A stretch of DNA of 26,524 nucleotides from an uncultured bacterium (GTDB lineage: Bacteria > Verrucomicrobiota > Verrucomicrobiia > Verrucomicrobiales > DEV007), in assembly GCA_963977015.1 (NCBI GenBank), contig CAXBMO010000043.1, positions 1 to 26,524 of the forward strand, written 5' to 3'. Every line of letters starts with the position of its first letter. Position 1 is the stretch's first letter. The notes below the pieces were generated by a model that saw only the letters and a program-made list of their open reading frames with translations, searched no databases and was not told the DNA's origin. The position numbers and the translations under genes are program-made. This document shows positions 1 to 7,839 of the stretch, one piece after another.

Positions 1-54
1 TAGGGTAGCGCAGAACTTCAGTTTTCAAGTGTCCATTTTTCGGGAAACAGGTCA
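1..54 (-). mobile_element. End of an IS3-family-like insertion sequence; element continues beyond the left edge
   Basis: Exact reverse complement of 26471..26524. Read from its tip it is TGACCTGTTTCCCGAAAAATGGACACTT..., with the 5'-TG end and TGGACAC core typical of IS3-family inverted repeats. No transposase is visible. Confidence 0.75.
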
Positions 55-276
55 GTGATCGATCCGTTGATGGCGCAGTTTGAGGAGGAGAATCCCGAGT
101 TTTTTCTGGGGTATCGCAATGCCCGCAGGATCGGCAAAACGCCGGCAAATCCCCGTTCCTCCGATCCTTCTGTCAATGTGAGCGGGGGCGGTAGAGTGAC
201 GCCGGAGATGGCCAATCTTGGTGATGAAGAGGAGGCCTTTGAAGGCGAGGGTGTGATTCTGGATTCGGGCGAATAA
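55..276 (+). pseudogene. 3' fragment of a hypothetical gene truncated by the IS end
   Basis: The ORF begins exactly at the IS junction with no room for a promoter or RBS. It reads IDPLMAQFEEENPEFFLGYRNARRI then an acidic low-complexity tail, consistent with a protein C-terminus. Confidence 0.6.
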
Positions 277-449
277 GTGGCCAAATCCCCTTGTTGGGGT
301 GGCTACGGCCGAGTTGAAAAAGACTGGCCCCGCCCGAAGTGGAAAGCCGGCGGGTGGGCGCGTTGTTGGGATCGATTTCGACAAGTTCCAGATTGAGAAC
401 GCTCGACAGAATGCGATTGAAACAGGAGTGCTTAAGCTGAAAACGCCTC

Positions 450-911
450 ATGGATATGCAACTTAGCCGGTCAACGGAAATTCTGGCGTCGCCCAAGGCG
501 GTGTGGGCCGTGGTGGCGGACATTGAGAATGCGGTCGCGGTGGTCTCGGGAATCAAGGCGGTGGAGATTCTTGAAGCGGCTTCGGGGCCGTCAATTGCCG
601 GATTGAAGTGGCGGGAAACCCGCGAATGGATGGGGCAGGATGCGGTGGAAGTTATGTGGGTCACGGATGCATGCGAAGCATCTTACTATGAGACCCGTGC
701 CGAGAGCCATGGCTCCATTTATACCTCCCGCCTGGAACTTGAGGCGACTCCAACGGGGACACGCCTGACGATGAGGTTCAGCAGTCAACCCGTCTCCTTG
801 GGGGCCAAGGTGCTCTGGGTACTCACGGGTTGGATGGCGAAGAAGTCCCTTTGCAAGGTCATCGACCAAGATCTACAGGATATCAAAAGCGCGGTCGAGA
901 AGGTGACCTGA
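450..911 (+). CDS. SRPBCC (START/polyketide cyclase-like) family protein
   Basis: 153 aa with N-terminal 'STEILASPKAVWAVVADIE', 'GLKWRETR' and C-terminal helix 'IDQDLQDIKSAVE'. Confidence 0.88.
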   Translation: MDMQLSRSTEILASPKAVWAVVADIENAVAVVSGIKAVEILEAASGPSIAGLKWRETREWMGQDAVEVMWVTDACEASYYETRAESHGSIYTSRLELEATPTGTRLTMRFSSQPVSLGAKVLWVLTGWMAKKSLCKVIDQDLQDIKSAVEKVT

Positions 912-981
912 CTGGAACCCGTTGCCAACGCAGATTCCGCGTTGGATCGCCCGGTAACTTCCAAAAACCCTCCGCGGGGCA

Positions 982-1743
982 CTAACCCTTCTCAATCGGA
1001 GCACTCAACCAAGCCGTCGTAATTCCATCGCCGCTGGCGATTCCGAGACGCATTTTCATTTGTCCTGACAAAACACCGGCCGTGGTCAGTCCGATGCCGA
1101 AATACTCGCTTCCTTTGGTAGAGTAGAACGGCTTGTAGATTTCGGGAAGACGCTCTTCCTTGATCGTCGGGCCGTTGTTGCGAATCACGATGTCGACGCG
1201 CTCTTCGGATTCGGGAGAGAGGACCCCGGAGGCCAGAACGTCGAGCTGAACGTGGCCGGCGGATTCGCTTGCCGCAGCCTCGGCGCCATTCTTGATGAGT
1301 TCCACCAGCACTTCCTTGAGGCGGGAGGTGTCGGCCGTGATCGGCGACAACCCTTCTGCCACGTTGAGCGTGAAACCCACTTCATGGCCTTCGCAGATGG
1401 AGCGGAGATTGCCGTCCATCAACGGGAAAAAGTCTGCCAGGTTAAGGCTTTGCGGGCTGATGCGGGCACAACCGCCTGCCGTCAGAATGCGTTCGCTCAA
1501 GGAAGACGAATGTTGCGATGAACTCCGCATCTGCTCGATGTTCTCCCGGGTGTTGTCGTCCAGATCATTCATCAGGATGAGGCTGGAAAAGCCCTGCACC
1601 ACGGCGAGAACGTTGTTGTTCTTGTGAGCCAGGCCGCGAAGGAGCTCTTTATAGAAGTCGCGAGTTGGTGATTCATCGAGAACCAGATGGTCCGCGAAGA
1701 GAAATTGACTCCGGAGTTTAGTAATGTCGTTGGATACCAACAT
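982..1743 (-). CDS. Sensor-less histidine kinase-like protein (HisKA + HATPase_c) with atypical motifs
   Basis: H-box GLAHKNNNVLAVVQG, N-box ELIKNGAEA, G1-like IRNNGPTI, F-box IYKPFYSTK, G2 FGIGL. No TM or PAS input domain. Confidence 0.85.
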   Translation of the reverse strand: MLVSNDITKLRSQFLFADHLVLDESPTRDFYKELLRGLAHKNNNVLAVVQGFSSLILMNDLDDNTRENIEQMRSSSQHSSSLSERILTAGGCARISPQSLNLADFFPLMDGNLRSICEGHEVGFTLNVAEGLSPITADTSRLKEVLVELIKNGAEAAASESAGHVQLDVLASGVLSPESEERVDIVIRNNGPTIKEERLPEIYKPFYSTKGSEYFGIGLTTAGVLSGQMKMRLGIASGDGITTAWLSAPIEKG

Positions 1744-1750
1744 GGTAGGA

Positions 1751-1770
1751 TAGTTAGACTTCCCTAACTA
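1751..1770. promoter_or_regulatory. Operator-like inverted repeat upstream of the kinase-like gene
   Basis: TAGTTAG-ACTTCC-CTAACTA, perfect 7-bp arms, 7 bp from the ATG at 1743, in an AT-rich intergenic region. Confidence 0.4.
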
Positions 1771-1879
1771 CTAAATCAAGTCAAAATTATTGATGTTATC
1801 GCATTTGTTTTTCAGAACGGGGTAAAAGTTATGAAGGTTACGAAAAATACGAACCGAGGCGGCCGCAAGTTCGGGTGAG

Positions 1880-2704
1880 CTAGGCGATGCGAACGTCTTC
1901 CGCATTCAGAATCGCCGTTACGGGTTCGTCAGGATGTTTCTGCACCAACATCTCCCCATTTGCCCCAATTCCGACCATGGTGGCGTGGTTCCAGCCTTCG
2001 GTCGTGCGAAACCGAATCTTCTGATGCAGCAGAAAACTGCGCTGCTCCAATTCCGCAATCAGGGTATCAAAGGCCTGGGTGCCCTGTTCATAAAACCGGC
2101 TTAGCTCGGCGAGAATCGATCCGCAAATCTCGTTGCGACTGGCAGACGGTGTTCCCGTCAAACCCGCGACCGACGTCAGGGTGTGCGCCAGTTCCGGAGG
2201 AAAGTCCGCCGGTTGCGAGTTCACGTTCAATCCGATGCCGAGCACGACGAAAGCGCCGGTTGATGATGAGCGCGTTTCCACGAGGATGCCTGCCAGCTTC
2301 TTTGCGTCTGCGTAAACGTCGTTAGGCCATTTCAATTGGAGGTCGATTCCGCTGAGCCACGGTTCCACGCCATTGACGACGGCGAGTCCGGCAACGTGGC
2401 TCAATCGCGGCCACAGTTCCATGGGGAAGGTGGGACGGAGCAGAACGGAGAACGTTAGGTTGTGGGAGGGTGGGGCAATCCAGGCAGCACCTTTTCTTCC
2501 GCGACCGGCCGATTGCTTTTCGGCGACCAAAACGAGTCCATCGCTGGCTCCGGCAAGGGCGCGTTCGGCGATGGCGTCGTTCGTGGATCCGATTTCGTCG
2601 AGCACGACGATTTCACATCCTATTTGGGAAGGGGCGATGTTTCCCGAACGCAATCCGATTTCCAGGGCCCGGCGAATCCGGGGCTCATCCAGGGGGTCGT
2701 TCAT
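1880..2704 (-). CDS. birA: Biotin--[acetyl-CoA carboxylase] ligase, group I (no N-terminal HTH)
   Basis: Motifs STN, QSAGRGRKG, KWPND, KKLAGILVE and GIGLNVN. ATGA overlap with the upstream TPR gene. Confidence 0.95.
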   Translation of the reverse strand: MNDPLDEPRIRRALEIGLRSGNIAPSQIGCEIVVLDEIGSTNDAIAERALAGASDGLVLVAEKQSAGRGRKGAAWIAPPSHNLTFSVLLRPTFPMELWPRLSHVAGLAVVNGVEPWLSGIDLQLKWPNDVYADAKKLAGILVETRSSSTGAFVVLGIGLNVNSQPADFPPELAHTLTSVAGLTGTPSASRNEICGSILAELSRFYEQGTQAFDTLIAELEQRSFLLHQKIRFRTTEGWNHATMVGIGANGEMLVQKHPDEPVTAILNAEDVRIA

Positions 2705-5235
2705 TCGCTGTTTTTGAGTTCCAGAAGCAGTTCGTGGGCTTCGCGGAAGCGCGGTGCATCCACCAGGGCGTCGAGGACGTGCCGCTTGGCTTTTTCGGGT
2801 TCTTCGGGACCGAACAGTTGCGCGAGTCGAAAGTTGACATCAGCGGGACTGGCCGGACCGAGCTTGAGCAGTTTCTTGAAGGAGTCGATCGCGACGGGTT
2901 TTTCGCCGAGGGCCTGGGCCGCACAGGCGCGACAGTGGTGTGCGGTTTTGATGAAGGGGTTGACCGCCATCTGGCGATCGGCATTGGCGAGGAGCGGTTC
3001 CCAGTTCTCCGATTCGAGATCAATTTCGAGCAAACGCAAAAACGCGGGGGTGGCATCGGCTTTGCGCGTGGCGAGTTCGCGTAACGCCGCTGCCTCAGCC
3101 TCGGTATCTCCGGCACCACGATGTGCGCTCGCCAACAACAGGTAACCATTGTTCCCTTCAGCATACGCGGGGAAGAGATCGATCAACTCCTGAGCCGCCA
3201 CGGCCGCGCTCGACCAATCCTTGCCGTTGAGGAGGGCCTGCACCTTCATTTGCAGCGCTTGAAAATTGTTGGGATGCTCCTTGAGGAAATCCAGCAGCGA
3301 GTTCGGGTTCTGCGTCTCAATGCCTTCGGGCGTCGACCAATCCACGCCCGGTCCATAGGCGTTGGCGAGTGTTTCAATGAATGAGCTGAACTTTTTCTCC
3401 ACCGCCGACAGGGTTTCGGTGTGGTTGGCGATGGCCGAGTTGATGGGCGTACCATCGGCAAGGGAACCCAGGATCGCGTTGAAGGACTGTTGGCCATACT
3501 GATCGAGAAGGAATTCGACCACAATTGCGGATTGATAGTAGGCGAACATGAGGTCCTCGCCGGATTCCGCATTGAGGAACGCGCTGCTTAGGCTGCCGAT
3601 TGGCGTTACCTTGTTTTCTTCCAGAATTCGTGAACGATAGCGGGGGGTCATGTGCTGGCCCCAGACCGGGTTCCGCACCTTCTCTTCGTAAACGGAGATT
3701 CCTTCGCTGAGCCAACGCGGCATCCGGTTATGGGTGGCCGTTAGGGTGACCACGTGGCAGAACTCATGCCAGAGCGTCGCCTCCCAGTTGCTGAAGCCGG
3801 ATGCGGAACCCCCCGGGCTGTTCATCGTGATGACGGGCCCGAAACACACGCCGAGGTAGCCCGCTCCGCCCAAGGCGCCAAAGGTGCGGATCGCAAAGTC
3901 CTGCTGTTCGGCGAAGAATTCGACCAACGTGGGTTCTTCCAGCTCGAGGTCATACTTGTCGCAAAGCACCCGGTGCGCCTCGTTGAGAATCACCAACGCC
4001 CGGTCTCCATAAATCTCGGCTTCGTCCGGATGCATCCGGATGATGAAGTCTTCCGTTTCGATCGTTTGGTACTTTGCGAGTTGGTCGCGCAATACCGTGA
4101 AGTTGAACGCGAGCACATTGTAAGGATCGCTGTCGGCGATTTCCTGAGCGAGTTGCCAGGCTTCCTCCTCCTGGCCGAGTTTCATCAGATCGCTGGAGAG
4201 TTGCATCTTCGCCGCGGTGAAGCCGGGATCCAGCTCCAGCGCCTCGCGTTGCAGTGCCGCGCCTTCCTTGAAGCGATATCGTCGAGAATAAACGCGCCCC
4301 ATGAGATGCGAGACTTCCGCGCGCTTGGCAGAGTTGGTCAGTGCCCGCTGACGAGCATCCTCAGCCGCATTTGGATCGTTGTCGCGCAACGTGGCGATGA
4401 CGGATTTCAAGGCCCAGGCGGCCGGCTGGTTCTGATTGAAGAGAAGCGCGGTGTCGAGCAATTCCTCGGCTTCCCAACGCTCCGAATTGATCAGGTGCTC
4501 CGCCTTCATCACCAGTGCCCCGGTGTGGTTGGCTTGATAGTTGAGAACGCGGTCCAGGTTCGCCATTGCCTGCTCCCGGTCACTTGGGTAAAACGCTTTG
4601 GCGAGCCCGAAGCGCAAATCCGGGTCCTGTGCCGATTGTTTGAGACCGAGGCGGAATTCCTGGGAGGCCCGCGCATAATCATATTTGGCGAGCGCCAGGT
4701 TTCCCGCCGCCAAATAGCTGTCGACCAACTCCGGTTTCTTCTTTTTGGCCGCCGCGTAAAACTCGTCCAGCACCTTGTTGGGATCGGCCCCGAGCAGGAA
4801 TGCGCCCGTCCCTAACGCAACCAACTCCTCCGCGGTTCGGTCCTTCAGCGGCTTCTTCAGCGCCGCTGCGTTGAATCGCTTCAAGATCCCGGCGGCTGCC
4901 TCCGTTTCGCCTAGCTCAAGATGAAACTCATGCATCGCGATGAGGAACGGGAGATCGTCGGCATACATCTCCGTGAGTTTGGCGAACTCCGGTTGGGCGT
5001 CTGACAGCTTTCCCTGCGCTTTCAGCATGCGAAGCCGGACCACCTGCCATTGCGGATTCTTCTGCCCCCGGCGAAAGGCGGCGTCACAGGCGAGGCCGAC
5101 CGTTCGGTATTCGCCACGTTTCAGCAGTTCGACCGTCCTCGGCAGGTAGTGCTCGTCAAAGAGCCGCTCGTAGTCCTGCTGGGCAAACACCGGAAGCGCT
5201 AACCCGATGCTCAAAAGGAAAAGGCGAAAGTGCAT
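2701..5235 (-). CDS. Secreted TPR-repeat protein with a gluzincin (peptidase MA-like) domain
   Basis: Signal peptide MHFRLFLLSIGLALPVFA-Q, TPR-like helical repeats on both sides, zinc motif LWHEFCH followed by PRWLSEGISVYEE. Confidence 0.88.
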   Translation of the reverse strand: MHFRLFLLSIGLALPVFAQQDYERLFDEHYLPRTVELLKRGEYRTVGLACDAAFRRGQKNPQWQVVRLRMLKAQGKLSDAQPEFAKLTEMYADDLPFLIAMHEFHLELGETEAAAGILKRFNAAALKKPLKDRTAEELVALGTGAFLLGADPNKVLDEFYAAAKKKKPELVDSYLAAGNLALAKYDYARASQEFRLGLKQSAQDPDLRFGLAKAFYPSDREQAMANLDRVLNYQANHTGALVMKAEHLINSERWEAEELLDTALLFNQNQPAAWALKSVIATLRDNDPNAAEDARQRALTNSAKRAEVSHLMGRVYSRRYRFKEGAALQREALELDPGFTAAKMQLSSDLMKLGQEEEAWQLAQEIADSDPYNVLAFNFTVLRDQLAKYQTIETEDFIIRMHPDEAEIYGDRALVILNEAHRVLCDKYDLELEEPTLVEFFAEQQDFAIRTFGALGGAGYLGVCFGPVITMNSPGGSASGFSNWEATLWHEFCHVVTLTATHNRMPRWLSEGISVYEEKVRNPVWGQHMTPRYRSRILEENKVTPIGSLSSAFLNAESGEDLMFAYYQSAIVVEFLLDQYGQQSFNAILGSLADGTPINSAIANHTETLSAVEKKFSSFIETLANAYGPGVDWSTPEGIETQNPNSLLDFLKEHPNNFQALQMKVQALLNGKDWSSAAVAAQELIDLFPAYAEGNNGYLLLASAHRGAGDTEAEAAALRELATRKADATPAFLRLLEIDLESENWEPLLANADRQMAVNPFIKTAHHCRACAAQALGEKPVAIDSFKKLLKLGPASPADVNFRLAQLFGPEEPEKAKRHVLDALVDAPRFREAHELLLELKNSE

Positions 5236-5304
5236 GCCACAGTCTTAAAGGGAAAGACGGCGCTGACAACTGCAATCCGGAACCGGAAATGAGGCGGGAA
5301 GTTG

Positions 5305-5997
5305 CTATTTGCGAGAGCCGAAGATCGCGCTGCCGACGCGAACCACCGTCGAGCCTTCTTCGATCGCGATTTCAAAGTCGTGACTCATCCCCATCGACAG
5401 ACCGTTCAACGGAACGCCGCTTTTTTCAGCCAGTTCGTCGCGAAATTGACGGAGATTGGCGAAGTGAGGGCGCACATTCTCGGGTTCCGGATCAAAGGGC
5501 GGAATGATCATGAGGCCCTGAAGTTCAAGGCGGTCGAGATCAAGGATCGCGTCAAGGTCGCGTCGCAAATTGTCAGGACTGAAACCGTGTTTGCTGGCTT
5601 CGCCGGCCAGATTCACCTGCAGATAAACGCTGGGGTGAAGGCCGAGTTCCTCGGCAATGCGGTTCATTTGCTGAGCTAAATCGAGGCTGTCGATACCGTG
5701 ATAGGTGTCGATTACAGCGAGAGATTTGCGGACCTTGTTCTTCTGCAAATTACCGATGAGGTGCCACGTAATACGTTCGGGGAGGAGCGGGACTTTGGCG
5801 ATGGCTTCCTGGACCTTGTTCTCGCCAAACGCGGTAATTCCGGCGTCAACGGCTTGAAAAATTGTCTCTGCGGGCCACGTCTTGGAAACCGCCAATAACT
5901 CCACCTCATCGCGCGGTCGGCCTGCCTTTTCGCAAGCCCCTGCGATTCTTGCTTCAACCTTTTCAAGGTTTTGGGCAATGGAGTCGGAAGTTGGCAT
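5305..5997 (-). CDS. yggS: YggS/PLPBP pyridoxal phosphate homeostasis protein
   Basis: LLAVSKT (PLP lysine), FGENKVQE, WHLIGNLQKNK, LSMGMSHDFEIAIEEGSTVVRVGSAIFG. Confidence 0.97.
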   Translation of the reverse strand: MPTSDSIAQNLEKVEARIAGACEKAGRPRDEVELLAVSKTWPAETIFQAVDAGITAFGENKVQEAIAKVPLLPERITWHLIGNLQKNKVRKSLAVIDTYHGIDSLDLAQQMNRIAEELGLHPSVYLQVNLAGEASKHGFSPDNLRRDLDAILDLDRLELQGLMIIPPFDPEPENVRPHFANLRQFRDELAEKSGVPLNGLSMGMSHDFEIAIEEGSTVVRVGSAIFGSRK

Positions 5998-6038
5998 ATT
6001 TGTAACAACAGAGTATCCTCCGCCCCTTTTCCATGCAA
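5991..6038. promoter_or_regulatory. Overlapping bidirectional sigma70-type promoters for the LysR gene (+) and yggS (-)
   Basis: Plus strand TTGGCA(5991-5996)-N17-TATCCT(6014-6019). Minus strand TTGCAT(6038-6033)-N17-TACTCT(6015-6010). Confidence 0.6.
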
Positions 6039-6929
6039 ATTGAAACCCTGCGGCTATTTTGTGACCTTGTTGAGGCAGGCAGCTTTTCCATAGCCGCCGA
6101 GAAGCATCATATTAGCCAGAGCGCCGTGAGTCAGCGAATCGCCGCGCTGGAGAAGGAACTCGGCGTAACGCTTTTGGTGCGCGGACGAAGCACCGAGGCG
6201 ACCCCGGAAGGGAATTTGCTCCTGCGAACGGCTCACGAAATGCTCGAAACGTTCGATGATTTTCGGGCGCGGTTGCGCTCGCCGGACAAGGCGATTGCAG
6301 GGAGATTGCGCGTGGCGACGGTCTACTCGATCGGCCTTCACGAGTTGCCTCCCTACCTGAAGTGGTTTCGCGACCATTACCCAGAAGTCGAGGTTCGGGT
6401 CGAATACCGGCGTGCCAATCAAGTGTACGAAGATGTGGAATTGGGCAGGGCGGATTTGGGGCTGGTCGCGTATCCGGAATCCCGATCGGGTCTAAAGGCC
6501 GAGACGTTTTGGCAGGATGAACTGGTGTTGATCTGCACGCCGGGTCACGCCTTCGCGAAAATGGATTCGGTTTCGCTGCGCGACTTGGAGAAGTCCAAAT
6601 TTGTCTCGTTTGAGCCGGACTTGCCGACTCGAATTGCGATCGATGCGATGTTTGCCCAGGCAGGTGTGTCCGTCGATGAGGTGATGGAACTGGACAACGT
6701 GGAATTGGTAAAACGGGCCGTCGAGCTGGAGAACGCCGTTTCGATCGTGCCGCAGCGGGCTGCCTATGCCGAGGTGGAAGGCGGGCGGCTTGCTCAGGCG
6801 ACATTGAGCGATGCCGCCATCGATACGAGTCGGCCACTCGGGGTGATCTGGAAGCCGAATGGCTCCGAAGCGGAGAACCCGGCGTTGCTGGAATTCGTCG
6901 AATTACTGGAAACCAAGCGGCTGTTTTAA
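6033..6929 (+). CDS. LysR-family transcriptional regulator
   Basis: N-terminal wHTH GSFSIAAEKHHISQSAVSQRIAALEKELG followed by a LysR substrate-binding domain; 298 aa. Confidence 0.96.
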   Translation: MQIETLRLFCDLVEAGSFSIAAEKHHISQSAVSQRIAALEKELGVTLLVRGRSTEATPEGNLLLRTAHEMLETFDDFRARLRSPDKAIAGRLRVATVYSIGLHELPPYLKWFRDHYPEVEVRVEYRRANQVYEDVELGRADLGLVAYPESRSGLKAETFWQDELVLICTPGHAFAKMDSVSLRDLEKSKFVSFEPDLPTRIAIDAMFAQAGVSVDEVMELDNVELVKRAVELENAVSIVPQRAAYAEVEGGRLAQATLSDAAIDTSRPLGVIWKPNGSEAENPALLEFVELLETKRLF

Positions 6930-6936
6930 ACGCAGT

Positions 6937-7836
6937 CTAGAGCCGGATCACGTCGACCTCGACGCTCAACAGTTGGTGACCAACGCCGACGAAAATTCCC
7001 CGGACAGGTTGAACATCGAAGTAGTCGCGACCGGTAGCGAGCACGATGTGATCGGCGCCGGGGCAAACATCATTGGTGGGGTCGAACGGAACCCAGCCGA
7101 AATCGGGAATGTAGACTTCGACCCAGGCGTGCGAGGCATCCGCGCCCTGAAGCTTGGGTTGGCCGGGAGGCGGTTGAGTTTCGAGGTAGCCACTGACGTA
7201 GCGCGCCGCAAACCCAAGGCTGCGAAGGCAGGAAATCATCAAATGCGCGAAATCCTGGCAAACGCCCCGTCTCCCCTTCAGCACGTCGAGCACCGGCGTC
7301 GAAACATCGGTTGCGCCGGGAACGTAGGTGAAGTCCGTGAAGATTCGGTGCATCAAATGGGTGGTTGATGCGATCAAATTCGAATCGGTGGCAAACGAGG
7401 GGAGGGAGTAGTCGCGCAGTTCCGGGTGCCAGGGCGCGGCCCGTGACGGAAACACGAAATCCCCCACCTCGATGACGTCGTCGCCGCTTAGGGATTCTAG
7501 AAATGTCAGGACGCTTTCGCGGGTCGGGTCGACAAACGTTGCCTTGGTCCAGGGGCGAGGTTTGGTCGAAACCAGGACGCGGCTTTCGCCGGTCACCACC
7601 AACTCGTCATGCGAGTGTTCAATCGAGAAGAAGTGCGTCCGGTTTCCGAAACAGTCGATCCGTTCGTTCACGGATTCGGACGAAGGCTCAACCACGATCT
7701 TAAAGGACTTTAGGGTTTGGAAATCCGAGTCAATTGGGCAGAGCCGTGCTTCGTTGTGGCACAAATCAATCCGGCCGCCGTAATCGTAGCGCGTGCGGTG
7801 TTTGATCTGATACTGGCGCTGGGATTTGGCTTGCAT
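6937..7836 (-). CDS. Transglutaminase-like protein (bacterial transglutaminase N-terminal domain + core)
   Basis: N-terminal YQIKHRTRYDY; catalytic triad in GVCQDFAH, SHAWVE and FDPTN. Confidence 0.95.
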   Translation of the reverse strand: MQAKSQRQYQIKHRTRYDYGGRIDLCHNEARLCPIDSDFQTLKSFKIVVEPSSESVNERIDCFGNRTHFFSIEHSHDELVVTGESRVLVSTKPRPWTKATFVDPTRESVLTFLESLSGDDVIEVGDFVFPSRAAPWHPELRDYSLPSFATDSNLIASTTHLMHRIFTDFTYVPGATDVSTPVLDVLKGRRGVCQDFAHLMISCLRSLGFAARYVSGYLETQPPPGQPKLQGADASHAWVEVYIPDFGWVPFDPTNDVCPGADHIVLATGRDYFDVQPVRGIFVGVGHQLLSVEVDVIRL

Positions 7837-7839
7837 GGC

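Noticed and set aside
278-360. GC-rich hairpins after the left gene fragment (similar one at 924..944)
   Set aside because: Imperfect stems with no clear U tract and no second copy in the window, so they cannot be called terminators or REP elements.
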